NCBI GenBank assembly: GCA_049515895.1
Contig: JBEKTQ010000006.1
Coordinates: 64,234 to 128,233 of the forward strand
Direction of reading: 5' to 3'
Source: Candidatus Bathyarchaeia archaeon
GTDB taxonomy: Archaea; Thermoproteota; Bathyarchaeia; Bathyarchaeales; Bathycorpusculaceae
DNA: 64,000 nt
The position numbers were made by a program, and so were the translations under genes. Shown one piece after another: positions 9,931 through 20,190 of this stretch (position 1 is its first letter; each line of letters opens with the position of its first letter). The notes beneath the pieces are model-generated. The model ran no database searches. It saw only the letters and a list, made by a program, of their open reading frames with translations, and was not told the DNA's origin.

Positions 9931-10176
9931 ATGAAATTAGCCGAAATCGCTATTTTGCTTAGGGAAATCGTTGACAGGTGCCCTAATTTAGAAGGAAGCA
10001 CTTTTACGTTGATCCCGCAGAGGGCTATGTACCCATTATTTAATGGATACCATATAAATATTAAAACAAACATTACGAAGGAAAACGTAGGTTGCTTAAG
10101 GAAAATAGTGGAAGGGCACGACTTGGTAATGCAGATTAAACCTGATTCAGTAATAGTTTATGAAACTAGAGGTTAA
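9931..10176 (+). CDS. Hypothetical protein (81 aa)
   Basis: ATG start ~25-30 nt after a TTTTTATTAA box; protein-like composition. Confidence 0.6.
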   Translation: MKLAEIAILLREIVDRCPNLEGSTFTLIPQRAMYPLFNGYHINIKTNITKENVGCLRKIVEGHDLVMQIKPDSVIVYETRG

Positions 10177-10319
10177 AAGCTAAACCGCGTTGATTGCCGC
10201 CCACATTTCAATTAAGGAAAAGGCCGGGATACACTGCATTTTTCTCGATCTTGAAAGACTGCAGGGCACAGCAAAGTTTTTGAGGGCCTATTCCAATGAG
10301 CTTGCAAGGTTGACAAATC

Positions 10320-10448
10320 TTGTCTAGAAGAGAAAAGAAAGCTGAGGGTCTGGAGAAACACAAGAAACTGCAACGCGAAAAAGACCAAAAGCGAAAAGAA
10401 CGAAAACAAATAGCACTCCCAGCAAAGCACTCAAAAGGTAAAAAATAA
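10320..10448 (+). CDS. Small Lys/Arg-rich protein B (42 aa), paralog of A
   Basis: TTG start; MSRREKKAEGLEKHKKLQREKDQKRKERKQIALPAKHSKGKK; shares KKLxREK..K.K...Q..LPxK with A. Confidence 0.6.
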   Translation: MSRREKKAEGLEKHKKLQREKDQKRKERKQIALPAKHSKGKK

Positions 10449-10631
10449 TCAAATCGCGTTTACCGCGTTTTTCCCTTTTTTGATTGAATACAATTTTGCA
10501 GATTTCTCTGATTAACACAAAAGGATACCGAGCCAATTGTTTTCTCTTTGCTGCATTCTGCGTTTTTGGCTTTTTTCGAAAATTATTAAAGCACTAACCT
10601 GCATAAAGTATCATTCGGAGAATAAACAAAT

Positions 10632-10721
10632 ATGCCGAAGAAAGAAAAACCTTTAACTAAAAAAGAACGAGACGAGAAAAGAAAGAAACGTAAAGAAAAA
10701 AAGAGCAAAACCCAGACTTAA
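10632..10721 (+). CDS. Small Lys-rich protein C (29 aa)
   Basis: MPKKEKPLTKKERDEKRKKRKEKKSKTQT; GGAG RBS; T-run downstream. Confidence 0.55.
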   Translation: MPKKEKPLTKKERDEKRKKRKEKKSKTQT

Positions 10722-11049
10722 AACTTCAAGTGAAGAAAAAACGGGTCCTTTTTTTAACCCTTGATTTTTGTCTTTGAAACCAAGAAGAAACGGGCTTCTT
10801 CGTCGAATTCTCGTTTACAAATGTATTCAACCGCCTCCCGCTTTCTACATTTTGCTTTTTCTTCATACTTTAGGTGTTTAACCTGAAAAGGGAACTGATT
10901 TTAGCGTTGAAACTGCAAAAAGCGAGGGGCAGAAAATATTGCAACTGACAGCGCGGTTGCTGAAAAAGTTGTTTCTGGAATAAGATATAAAAAGAAATGT
11001 CGATTTATTTACGTATCAGTGTTACGTTTTGGCAAGAGGCGAAGGTTGA

Positions 11050-12852
11050 ATGGGCGCAAAAAAGGTTGTAAGCAGGAAGACTGCTTTGGGAAGCATAGCT
11101 TTATGCATTGTTTTGTCCGCCGTTGTTATTGGCGTTCTGATACAGAATTCCAATACGAATCTTAAGAATCAAGCTGCAGCAAAAGACTTGGTGATTAATT
11201 CCCTAAACTCGACTGTCAGCTCCCTGAATGCAACAGTTGGAAACTTGAACTCAACCGTCAACTCCTTAAACGCTCAAATAACAAGCCTTCAAAAACAAGT
11301 TAAATCAGAGAATTCAACCAACATAATTCTTGAAAACCAACTTGCGTCAAAATCTTCTTCATTAAACACAGCTGACAATGAGATATCATCGCTTCAAAAC
11401 GAAATTGTTTCAAATCCTCAGGTGACGGCCCTTCAAAACCAGCTTGCTGCCTCGCAAGCACAGGTGGTGACCCTTCAGAACCAAGCCACCTCATATCAAA
11501 CAACAATCACCTCGTTGAACTCTCAGGTTGCAAACTTGGAATCAACTATAGCTAATTGGGATAACCCAGTCAGCAACGCGTTCAGCCTGATTCAAATTAC
11601 AGACACTCAGTTTTTAAGCGAATCAAACCCGGCCTTGTTCAACACTTTGACTAGCTGGATTGTAAACAACACTAATGCATTAAATGTTTCAATGGTTGTC
11701 AACACAGGCGACATCATCAACGTTCCCGGTAACGTCACACAATGGCAAAACGCCAATATTGCAATGATGCAGCTCTACAACAACGGCGTTCCATACAGTT
11801 GGTGCGCGGGAAACCACGATATCATCGGTGAGTCTCTTCCTCAAGGGAACGCTAATGGTGTTTGGCTTGGCGGGAGCGGTGACTCAGCCTTTGACGTTTC
11901 AGTCATGCAGCACGAGCCATATTGGGTTGCAAGCATTTTCAACGGGTCAAGCACGGCAGTGCAGTTCAGCTATGGCAACTACCGCTTCATGATTATTAAC
12001 GTAGCTTATGACGCTAATGCCACGGTGCTGGACTGGATGCAGACTCTTTTGAAATGTAACCCCAACGATAACGTGATTGTAACAACCCATAACTTTCTGA
12101 CTGGATTGGGCACGTATGGATATACGCCGAGCTCTCAGGATATCGCTTGGGCAGCCAACTTTAATAACACGTTGAGTAACTACCCGAACGTCTTTATGAC
12201 GTTAAGCGGACACGACATCAGTGAAGGCACCGCAGCTAACCTAAGGAATGGAAACAGGGAAGACATTTTCTTTAACCGGCAACAAGAAGACAGCCTCCAA
12301 GGTGGGGCAACTGCGAGAATCTACACCTTTAACATGAGCAACCCTGCAAACCCTGTTGTAAGCGTTTACACCTATGAAACATACGCCAATGGAACTGGAG
12401 GAATACCTCAATACTTAACGGACCGGTTGGATCAATTCCGCTTCACAACCAACTTAACTGCATATGCACCTTCGCCTGTGGGCTCTATAAGCGCTGTTTT
12501 CTGGGGCTCAAGCGGCTTCAGCACAAATTTTGCAACTCCGATAACTTTGACGGGCTACAACCAGACAGGTGACCTGCTCAGATTCTACAATTTGACTTTC
12601 AACGGCGTTACATCTAACTTGACAATAAGTTCTGTCGGTGCCAACATGGTGATAAACAACTATAATTCAACGGGCATTTCCTATACTGTTAACGGGGGCG
12701 TCGGCACTCAAACCTTCCTAACGAACGCGCTTCCAACTTCAGTGATCGTCGACAACGCAACACAAACTCCTCCAGGCAACAACTGGAACTATCAAAACGG
12801 AACAGTTACAGTTACGGGCGCAACTCAATCAGTGACAATAAACTTCACCTAA
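11050..12852 (+). CDS. Membrane-anchored extracellular metallophosphoesterase with coiled-coil stalk
   Basis: DTQ, TGDI, AGNHD, TH and SGHD motifs of the calcineurin-like fold; N-terminal TM and heptad repeats. Confidence 0.85.
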   Translation: MGAKKVVSRKTALGSIALCIVLSAVVIGVLIQNSNTNLKNQAAAKDLVINSLNSTVSSLNATVGNLNSTVNSLNAQITSLQKQVKSENSTNIILENQLASKSSSLNTADNEISSLQNEIVSNPQVTALQNQLAASQAQVVTLQNQATSYQTTITSLNSQVANLESTIANWDNPVSNAFSLIQITDTQFLSESNPALFNTLTSWIVNNTNALNVSMVVNTGDIINVPGNVTQWQNANIAMMQLYNNGVPYSWCAGNHDIIGESLPQGNANGVWLGGSGDSAFDVSVMQHEPYWVASIFNGSSTAVQFSYGNYRFMIINVAYDANATVLDWMQTLLKCNPNDNVIVTTHNFLTGLGTYGYTPSSQDIAWAANFNNTLSNYPNVFMTLSGHDISEGTAANLRNGNREDIFFNRQQEDSLQGGATARIYTFNMSNPANPVVSVYTYETYANGTGGIPQYLTDRLDQFRFTTNLTAYAPSPVGSISAVFWGSSGFSTNFATPITLTGYNQTGDLLRFYNLTFNGVTSNLTISSVGANMVINNYNSTGISYTVNGGVGTQTFLTNALPTSVIVDNATQTPPGNNWNYQNGTVTVTGATQSVTINFT

Positions 12853-12884
12853 ATTTCTACTAGAAAATATTTCTACTAGAAAAT
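12853..12884. repeat. Tandem 16-bp duplication ATTTCTACTAGAAAAT x2, each unit near-palindromic
   Basis: Seen directly between convergent genes. Confidence 0.7.
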
Positions 12885-12910
12885 TGAACTACAAAGACGT
12901 TATAGTGTCT

Positions 12911-13252
12911 CTAAGAGTACTCCCTGAAGGTGTGACCGCACTTTGTACAGCGCATAAACTGGGTTGACGCTTCGTCGCCGCCGCGCGTTTGCACTTGCCA
13001 AACGTAAACCAGGTTGTTTTCGCATTTCTCACATTTCATGCGTATTGTCGGCATTGTTTTGACTTTCTGTTCTTCTTCACTTATGACGGTCATGAAAGGC
13101 TGGCATTTAGGTTGGATTAACTTCACCACTTTGGCTTGCTCCCTGTTGCATGAAGCCTGCTTGGTGAAACCGCATTTTGAGCAAACAAGCACTGCGGCGC
13201 CTTCAGATTTTTTAGGTTCGAGACGAACGCCGCACGTTGGGCAAAACTCCAT
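12911..13252 (-). CDS. tfs: Transcription factor S (TFS/RpoM family)
   Basis: Two Zn ribbons; QTRGGDE acidic hairpin; start set at MEFCP. Confidence 0.92.
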   Translation of the reverse strand: MEFCPTCGVRLEPKKSEGAAVLVCSKCGFTKQASCNREQAKVVKLIQPKCQPFMTVISEEEQKVKTMPTIRMKCEKCENNLVYVWQVQTRGGDEASTQFMRCTKCGHTFREYS

Positions 13253-13349
13253 TAACAGAAATCCCTCTTGATATTCCTTCACTCAAAGGAAGCCACGCCA
13301 TATAAGGGTTCTTAACTAAAGAATAAAAATTTCAAGCTGAAAAAGCGTT

Positions 13350-14081
13350 TTGCCGCCCAACTTAATCAATTCTTCAACGTACGAAACGCAAATTAAAAAT
13401 ATCCTTGCGCTTGTAACAGGACAGGGATTAACCTTGGAAAAAGAAGGCAAACCCAAGAGCGTATGGCAAACAATTGACCATGTATTGGCATACTTGGCCA
13501 GAGCAGATAAACTTCCGCACAGGACAGAAGGTGAGAGAGTGCTTCTTGAACAAATTCCCAAGCACACCAAACGCATTTTAGACTTGGGAACGGGCGACGG
13601 CAGACTGATGGCGTTGGTTAAACTTAACCGGCCAGAAGCTGAAGGTGTAGCGCTGGATTTTTCTGAGCCCATGCTCGAATGCGTGAGAAAACGTTTTGCG
13701 CAAGACGAGAAAGTAACGGTAGTTAAGCATGATTTTAGTTTGCCCCTTCCAACTGAGCGATTGGGCTTCTTTGACGCTGTAGTGTCAAGTTTGGCGATCC
13801 ACCATTTGGACCATAAAAGGAAAAGGCAGCTATACAAAGAAGTATTTGGCATGTTAAATTCCGAAGGAGTTTTCTGCAATCTTGATCGTGTTGCTTCTCC
13901 GACTGAGAATCTTCATGTAAAGTTTATGGAAGCGTCAGGAACTCCAAAGACTGAGGACCCATCGAACAAGCTTTTGGATGTTGAGACGCAGCTTAAGTGG
14001 CTGAGACAAATCAGATTTTCTGATGTTGATTGCTACTGGAAATGGTTGGAAATGGCACTCCTAGCAGGTTTCAAAATTTAA
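13350..14081 (+). CDS. Class I SAM-dependent methyltransferase
   Basis: [22 protein letters not shown] motifs; true start probably near 13434. Confidence 0.88.
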   Translation: MPPNLINSSTYETQIKNILALVTGQGLTLEKEGKPKSVWQTIDHVLAYLARADKLPHRTEGERVLLEQIPKHTKRILDLGTGDGRLMALVKLNRPEAEGVALDFSEPMLECVRKRFAQDEKVTVVKHDFSLPLPTERLGFFDAVVSSLAIHHLDHKRKRQLYKEVFGMLNSEGVFCNLDRVASPTENLHVKFMEASGTPKTEDPSNKLLDVETQLKWLRQIRFSDVDCYWKWLEMALLAGFKI

Positions 14082-14163
14082 AACATACCGTTTTTGGCGG
14101 TTAATCGACAAATAGAAAACGATAATAAGGGCTTATACAACGATCTAGTTAAGGTTTGTAGCA

Positions 14164-14673
14164 ATGACAGCAAACAGTAGTGTACAGATTGATTTTAATC
14201 ATTGGCTTGCACGATTAGTCGCTTACATCATTGACGCTGTAATAATTATCGTTGTCTCGGTCATATTAGGCATAATTGTCGCTGCCGCAATCGTTTTAAC
14301 AGGAGCATTTTTCCTGTTCGTGGGATATTATCTCTTCTTTTTGACCTTTGGATTACTTTCGTTGCTGTACTTCATAATTTTAGACGTCGTTTGGGAAGGA
14401 ACCATTGGCAAAAGGGCCATGGGCTTACAAGTGCAGATGGAAAAAGGTGGAAAAATATCGATTGGCCAATCATTCATTCGCAATATAAGCAAAATCTTCT
14501 GGCTTTTCCTCTTTCTCGACTGGTTGATAGCAGTTGTAACAGCTGGAAATGACAAACGCCAAAAACTGACAGACCGCTGGGCAGGAACTACCGTCGCCCA
14601 AACAAAACAAGTATTACAATTCCAATCCAATCCCCCATCTTCAGCACCGCCGACACCGCCGCCTTCTACATAA
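14164..14673 (+). CDS. RDD family membrane protein
   Basis: RLVAYIID..TIGKRAMGL..QKLTDRWAGT. Confidence 0.88.
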   Translation: MTANSSVQIDFNHWLARLVAYIIDAVIIIVVSVILGIIVAAAIVLTGAFFLFVGYYLFFLTFGLLSLLYFIILDVVWEGTIGKRAMGLQVQMEKGGKISIGQSFIRNISKIFWLFLFLDWLIAVVTAGNDKRQKLTDRWAGTTVAQTKQVLQFQSNPPSSAPPTPPPST

Positions 14674-14790
14674 ATCCAAAATCCCTTCTTTTTTTCTCTT
14701 TTCAAAAAACATTCTTAAGCGGACAGCAGATTAGTAAATGATCTTGGTGCTTTTGATAGCTGGGTGTCCAGAATAGGTTGAAAGGTTTTA

Positions 14791-15366
14791 TCATTTCGGC
14801 ATAACTATTCCGTCATTGGGGGCTCCATAAGTTACGGCTTTTCCTTCCAAAAAAAGTTTACCAACGTACGCGCAGGTTACAGCGTCAAGTTCATGATCGC
14901 TTAATTCACTTTTCAATCCTTTTATGCCATAGCCCTCGAGACCCGCCTTCAGCTTTTCGAGCCCCATCTGCTTTCTGGGTATTCCCAAGACATCTTGAGC
15001 GCCGCCTGGATAAGCCTCAATTACAACCCGCCCTTCTGCTTCTAACAAATGCCTCAGGTTTATTCCACGTTGAGTCAGTTTTCTCATCGGTCCTAGCGTG
15101 ACGGGAAAAAACTTTATGCGTCTTTTCAAAAGCTCCTTATCGCAATCCCTGAGGTGAATGTTTGTTCTTTCTTCGAGGGATTTCCTTCCAGGAGGCAGAC
15201 TTAAAGGGGCATCAATTGCGACAAGGGCTGGTTGGGTTTCCGTGATTTTCATAAGGATTTCCGCGTCTGTGTATGTCAAGCTTGTTAGCGCTTTTATTCC
15301 TGTAAGAATGCAGAAACCTGTGGGTCTACGCTCGACGCCTGCCAAATCTAGGCCGATAACAATCAT
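14791..15366 (-). CDS. DUF429 family predicted nuclease (RNase H-like)
   Basis: IGLDLAG, AIDAPLS, EAYP, ELDA motifs. Confidence 0.85.
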   Translation of the reverse strand: MIVIGLDLAGVERRPTGFCILTGIKALTSLTYTDAEILMKITETQPALVAIDAPLSLPPGRKSLEERTNIHLRDCDKELLKRRIKFFPVTLGPMRKLTQRGINLRHLLEAEGRVVIEAYPGGAQDVLGIPRKQMGLEKLKAGLEGYGIKGLKSELSDHELDAVTCAYVGKLFLEGKAVTYGAPNDGIVMPK

Positions 15367-15633
15367 TCGTTACCAAACTTAAGCTTCGTCAGTTTAAACT
15401 AAAATTCTTTTTCCTTAATTTTTCCTTAATTCAGTTTTTCTAGCGCCTGCTTAAGCTTAATGACCGCCACTTGCTCCCCGCAATCTAACGAGTTACCGCT
15501 GATTTTACAAATAAAATGATAATATTCGCCATGTTTTCAACCCTAAAAGAACCTTTTTTACGCACTTTTGCGTGCATCAACCGCAAGTGTTTTATGCTGA
15601 TGCATATGATAACATCCAAGATTAGGGATAACC

Positions 15634-15798
15634 ATGGCAAAATGCCCAACCTGTGGAAAAGAAGTTAAAAACCCAACAAAAACTTGGAAGATGGCTGGCA
15701 AACCAGACAAGAAAGGCAAACGCACACAACTCACAATAGCTCTCTATAAATGCTGCGACAAAACCTTCCGAGAAGTCGTAGATAAGAAAAAGATCTAA
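15634..15798 (+). CDS. Cren7-like chromatin protein (Zn-ribbon form)
   Basis: Manual translation MAKCPTCGKEVKNPTKTWKMAGKPDKKGKRTQLTIALYKCCDKTFREVVDKKKI; P.K.W..., IxL(Y/F) and FR motifs; followed by oligo-T. Confidence 0.75.
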   Translation: MAKCPTCGKEVKNPTKTWKMAGKPDKKGKRTQLTIALYKCCDKTFREVVDKKKI

Positions 15799-15812
15799 AC
15801 GGCAACTTCCAA

Positions 15813-15842
15813 ATTTCCTTTTTTTATTTTTCTTTTTTATTC
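15813..15842 (+). terminator. Oligo-T terminator after Cren7-like gene
   Basis: Long T-rich run. Confidence 0.55.
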
Positions 15843-16005
15843 ATCGCTCAGGTTAACACAATTTATCAAGTGAGCAAATCGGTTCCCGTGTTCCTTAGAC
15901 TTTGGCATGCTTGATGCTCTCATCTGTTACTGACAAAAATCACGGCAAGTAATCTAAAGATTTGCTGCCTCCCTAGCCAAAATTGTCTTGGCCAGGGAAG
16001 ACTTA

Positions 16006-16689
16006 CTAATTATTGGGATTGCCATTTATGAGCGTGCAAATCGTCTTTTTCCCGTTTAAGATTGCCTCGACGCGTTGCGGCTGCAGCCCGTTAACAACAA
16101 AACATTCAACCTTAAACTGCAGAAGCAGTTTAGGCAGAAACCTGTCCACACTCGTCCGCTTTTCCATTTCTAAAAGGTCACAAGCAGACAACCTTCTAAT
16201 CAATCTAGCATCTGAAAACTTTTTAGGGTCGCAATTGTAGACGCCATCAACATCTGTTACCAAAACGACTCTGGGCACATGCAGTCGGCCTGCAACATAA
16301 AGAGCTATGGAGTCAGAGGTCACGTCCCAAGAGTTCTCAAGGTCATCTTCCGAAAATAGAAGAGCAGAAGGCAAAAAGACGGGAAGCCTACCTGAATCCA
16401 AGATTTCTTGCACATCCTCAAGTTTGCAAGTGAGAAATGAGTTGGCCAGAAGTTGAGATAGAAGCAACCCATATTGATCCGTACCCAAAATTGCCATACG
16501 ATGAGAAATTTGAGGCGACAAACTGAAACGCGAATCAACCTTTCTCACCGTATCCGCAAATTCTCCGCCTCCCGGCACAACTATTAATCTGTGCTCTTTT
16601 GCTGACTTCGCCAATTTAGCGCATAAGCTTCTTAGCTTTTCAGGATGTATGGCAAGGCTGCCGCCAACTTTAACGATTACCGCATCCAA
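16006..16689 (-). CDS. mfnE: [5-(aminomethyl)furan-3-yl]methyl phosphate kinase (amino-acid kinase fold)
   Basis: VKVGGS, GGGEFAD, SWDVTSDSIA, TDVDG; operon context. Confidence 0.82.
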   Translation of the reverse strand: MDAVIVKVGGSLAIHPEKLRSLCAKLAKSAKEHRLIVVPGGGEFADTVRKVDSRFSLSPQISHRMAILGTDQYGLLLSQLLANSFLTCKLEDVQEILDSGRLPVFLPSALLFSEDDLENSWDVTSDSIALYVAGRLHVPRVVLVTDVDGVYNCDPKKFSDARLIRRLSACDLLEMEKRTSVDRFLPKLLLQFKVECFVVNGLQPQRVEAILNGKKTICTLINGNPNN

Positions 16690-17747
16690 TTGATTGTTTC
16701 CCCCTCAAACTTGCTAGCAGTCATCAAAGCGACAGCAAACGCAGGAGTAGCCATGGAAACCTCATCAGGAAGAAACGTTCCCAAATCAACAATAGGTTCT
16801 GCGCCGATTTTTTCAGCTGCTTTTCTTGCGATAAAATCCTTGCCGAGACCAGTAACCACCACGGAAACTTCATTGTTCGTCTGTTTTTTCACATAAGAGT
16901 AGACTTTGAGTAAGCCTTCAGCAACCTGCGTAACTTGCCTGTCGTAAATGTACTTTGCCATGCCAACAATTTCTTGCGTGGTTAACATCTCAGTGTCAGC
17001 GCAGACCACTCGGGCCAACCGTGCAAGGGATTCAGGCACGGTTTTTCCTCTTCCATCCGCTGTCTCGTAATCGTATTGCCTCTCAGTAATGTTGCCCAAA
17101 ATCAGATGGACATCGGCTGACAACGCGAACAATTCAGAAGCGACGCCTGCCACTCCGGATTTAACTGGAATCGACTGGACGATTGCAGCAACATTGGTCC
17201 TTAAACTTCCAGTGTAAACCAACTCACCGCAAATAAGCTTATCCAAATCCGTTTTGCCCTTAGCAGCCACTTTTCCCGCCAAAATTGGAATTATGCTAGC
17301 ACTAGTACTTCCGACATCAACCACCACGCCGTCCACAATCGACAGGCCGACCAACCAGCCTGTTGCAGCCCAATTGGCAGCAGCCACCAGAAGCGGCGCC
17401 AATTCCGCCTTGTCGATGGACTCTAATTTCGTATCGCTGTTCAAAACCTGAATAGGCAAGTTGGGAAAAGCTTTTTTTACGCTGGTTAAAACCTGATGTA
17501 CCCCTTCGCGCTTGGTTTGGTAGGCGTCGGATAATTCGGCGGTCATCGTTACGCCTAAATCGTCAAGCCTATCTGCGCCCAACCTCTCCTTGAGTTTCAA
17601 GAGGACGCTGGTGAGTTTTTCAGGGTGCTTCCAAACTGGGAAGTATTCGACCGCCAGCTTTACTTCTTTCAGGTTGCCTTTTTTCGTCCGTACAAAAGCA
17701 GCTTTGGTATTGGCGCCGCCGATGTCGTACCCTAACACGTTTGCCAA
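16677..17747 (-). CDS. mfnF: Methanofuran synthesis protein MfnF (hydantoinase/oxoprolinase-like)
   Basis: DIGGANTK, TMTAELSD, AAANW, DVGST, LARVVCAD. Confidence 0.85.
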   Translation of the reverse strand: MANVLGYDIGGANTKAAFVRTKKGNLKEVKLAVEYFPVWKHPEKLTSVLLKLKERLGADRLDDLGVTMTAELSDAYQTKREGVHQVLTSVKKAFPNLPIQVLNSDTKLESIDKAELAPLLVAAANWAATGWLVGLSIVDGVVVDVGSTSASIIPILAGKVAAKGKTDLDKLICGELVYTGSLRTNVAAIVQSIPVKSGVAGVASELFALSADVHLILGNITERQYDYETADGRGKTVPESLARLARVVCADTEMLTTQEIVGMAKYIYDRQVTQVAEGLLKVYSYVKKQTNNEVSVVVTGLGKDFIARKAAEKIGAEPIVDLGTFLPDEVSMATPAFAVALMTASKFEGETINWMR

Positions 17748-17748
17748 G

Positions 17749-18984
17749 CTATTTTCCCCTTTTTATGATGTTTAGTAGGCGCTTTTTAGCTTCTTCGAAA
17801 CGCAACTGAGCATCAAGCGGGGATCCGTCTTGTCCGGTCACAAGCGTAATCGCTTCTGAATTGCCGTCTAGCGGGAAAGGAGGCGAGACAACTCCGTCTA
17901 TTTGAGTTGCCTTCTGGAAAGCTCCTATTGATGGCTTGGCAGCTCTCACTTTTGAAAAATAAACGAAACCTGCAGTTTCTTGCTTTGAAGGAAGCTTATT
18001 CTTCAGTCGGGCGTCAACTATTGCCTCAGCGACGTTAAAGCCGGCAACTTCTCTTAACCCAACGTAAGATGTTGTTAACCGAGGATTAACATCCAACACA
18101 AACGGTTTGTCTCGAGCTAAAACTAGGTCAACTCCGACATAACCACCCAACCCAGAAAAAGACAGTGCAACCTCTTCCGCTGTCCTAAACACTTCATGTT
18201 TAAGTGCATGGTCGAATGGAACGATTCCGCCTTCATAACATGAAACTCCTTCCGGCTGGGTTATCTTGACGTTTTGCTTGTTTAAGCTAATCGCCGAGGC
18301 TTTAGCTCCCGCGCAAAGTAGGCTGACGCTTACTGGTTCGCCGCGAACGAACTCTTGTACTATGAAGCTTTTTCGAGATGATACGGACCTTATTCTCGCG
18401 ACGGCATTCTTTATTTGCCTATCTTCTTGGACGATGCTGGATCCCCCGCAGCTGACACCATCTAATGGCTTGAAAACCACAGGGTATTCCATCTTGCTTT
18501 TGATTTCTCCCTTAATTTCAGAAAAGTCGATATCCATATCAAAAATCATCGTTTCAGGCGTAAATAAACCGCTGTTTTTCAAGGTTTCATAAAGAACCGC
18601 TTTGTCAGCGACCTCTTGGATGGCATTGGCTTCACAATTAAGCGAAAGTTTGCCGGTCTTCTCAACCAGACTAACGAGTGATTGGAGAGTATTTCCCGTT
18701 TCAGGAGCAATAATGTAGACAGCATCATTGATTTTGGAGGCGTTGGCAAGGAATTTCTTAGCTTCTGGGGCGTACAAAACGGGGGCGGTGCAATCAGCAA
18801 CTATAGGCGGATTCAGTTTTGAAATACGCGCGTCAAGTAAAACAGTTACCTCGTGTCCTGCAGATCTAAAATCTTGGGCAAGACAGCGAAGCATACCAAA
18901 CCCTTCGGACAAAACACTCGGATTCAAAGGTTGCCCTGCATATCCACCTCCTGAAACATGCTCGTAAACTAAAATCTTCAGCAA
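17749..18984 (-). CDS. mfnD: ATP-grasp tyramine--L-glutamate ligase
   Basis: EGFGML, IIAPE, KPLDG, GVDLV, DVNPRLTTS. Confidence 0.82.
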   Translation of the reverse strand: MLKILVYEHVSGGGYAGQPLNPSVLSEGFGMLRCLAQDFRSAGHEVTVLLDARISKLNPPIVADCTAPVLYAPEAKKFLANASKINDAVYIIAPETGNTLQSLVSLVEKTGKLSLNCEANAIQEVADKAVLYETLKNSGLFTPETMIFDMDIDFSEIKGEIKSKMEYPVVFKPLDGVSCGGSSIVQEDRQIKNAVARIRSVSSRKSFIVQEFVRGEPVSVSLLCAGAKASAISLNKQNVKITQPEGVSCYEGGIVPFDHALKHEVFRTAEEVALSFSGLGGYVGVDLVLARDKPFVLDVNPRLTTSYVGLREVAGFNVAEAIVDARLKNKLPSKQETAGFVYFSKVRAAKPSIGAFQKATQIDGVVSPPFPLDGNSEAITLVTGQDGSPLDAQLRFEEAKKRLLNIIKRGK

Positions 18985-19054
18985 AGGTCACTTTTAGAAT
19001 CGATGGAACCAAGCGTACCTTAAAGCTTTTCTCTTTTACCTGAACTCTAAGGTA

Positions 19055-20188
19055 TTATTTTAACTCGCGGATATCTTTCAAGAATGAAATGGCGTGTCTC
19101 TTCTTTACGTGTGGCATAATTACGATTCTTATGCAGTCGTAGCGTGGCACGTAGGAGATAAACCAACCTTGCTGCCTAAGCTTTTCAGCCAAGCGTTTGG
19201 TGTCGCTATTGTTGCGGAAAGCTAAAATGTTAAGCATTGGCTCCACGACAAGTTTGCAGCCTGCATCTGTTAGACCGTTGGCGAGAAAGCGAGTGGTCTT
19301 CATGCATTTACCCACTACTCTCTTGTATCCGTTCATGCCGAGCGACTTGAAAGCTGCCCATGCGGAAGCGGCGGCGGCGCCTGTCCGAGTTCCAACAAAA
19401 GTGTACTGGTAACGATCGGTTAAGTAGGGTGTTTCTGTCCCGAGGCAATTCAATGATTCGCCGTGTCTGAAGATGATTCCACCCGCTGGGATCGCCGCCA
19501 TGCCCATCTTGTGTGGGTCAACAGTTATGGAGTTCACTGCCTCCAGCTCGAAGTCAAATTTAGGTTTGGCGTCGGCGAGAAATGGGATGACTAAACCTCC
19601 GAAGGCTGCATCAACATGCAACCAAACCTTACGTTGGAACGCAATCTGGGAAAGTTCCTCGATAGGGTCGACAACGCCCAATTCTGAAGTCCCCGCTGTC
19701 CCGATAATTGCTATTGTTTTCTTACTTACAACTTTCTCAACCTGGAGAGGGTCAACTCTAAAAGAGCTGTCCAACCCAGCGTAAACTGGCTTCAGGTTTA
19801 GGACGTTGCAGATTTTGGTGAATGAGAAATGTGACGATTCTGGCAATACCACTTCAGGAACGTTAACGTGCACTGTGTTTCTCGCCGCCAAAAGCGCCAT
19901 CAGATTAGCTTCTGTCCCCCCTGAAACAACATGTCCAACGCAATTTTCGCCGTGGAGAAGCTCTGTCAATTCATCTATGACTTCTTCTTCAAGCTTGACG
20001 CTTCCTGGAAAGAGCCCTGGGTCGCCCAAGTTGGAACTCAAAAAGAGCTTGTATGCTTTTTCCGCTGCCGGATGCGGTTTTGTGCACATTGAACATAAAA
20101 TCTTGCCTTCATCATAGCGATGGTCCAATCTGCGGATTTTTTTGATTTCATCTAGCACTAATTTCCTGCTCAAGCCGTTAGCAAGCAA
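19055..20188 (-). CDS. mfnA: L-tyrosine decarboxylase
   Basis: SMCTKPH, NLGDPGLFPG, SGGTEAN, HVDAAFGG, DPHK (PLP lysine). Confidence 0.92.
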   Translation of the reverse strand: MLANGLSRKLVLDEIKKIRRLDHRYDEGKILCSMCTKPHPAAEKAYKLFLSSNLGDPGLFPGSVKLEEEVIDELTELLHGENCVGHVVSGGTEANLMALLAARNTVHVNVPEVVLPESSHFSFTKICNVLNLKPVYAGLDSSFRVDPLQVEKVVSKKTIAIIGTAGTSELGVVDPIEELSQIAFQRKVWLHVDAAFGGLVIPFLADAKPKFDFELEAVNSITVDPHKMGMAAIPAGGIIFRHGESLNCLGTETPYLTDRYQYTFVGTRTGAAAASAWAAFKSLGMNGYKRVVGKCMKTTRFLANGLTDAGCKLVVEPMLNILAFRNNSDTKRLAEKLRQQGWFISYVPRYDCIRIVIMPHVKKRHAISFLKDIRELK

Positions 20189-20190
20189 GA

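Noticed and set aside
15408-15431. Tandem TTTTCCTTAATT duplication
   Set aside because: Short slippage duplication in an AT-rich promoter region; no further structure
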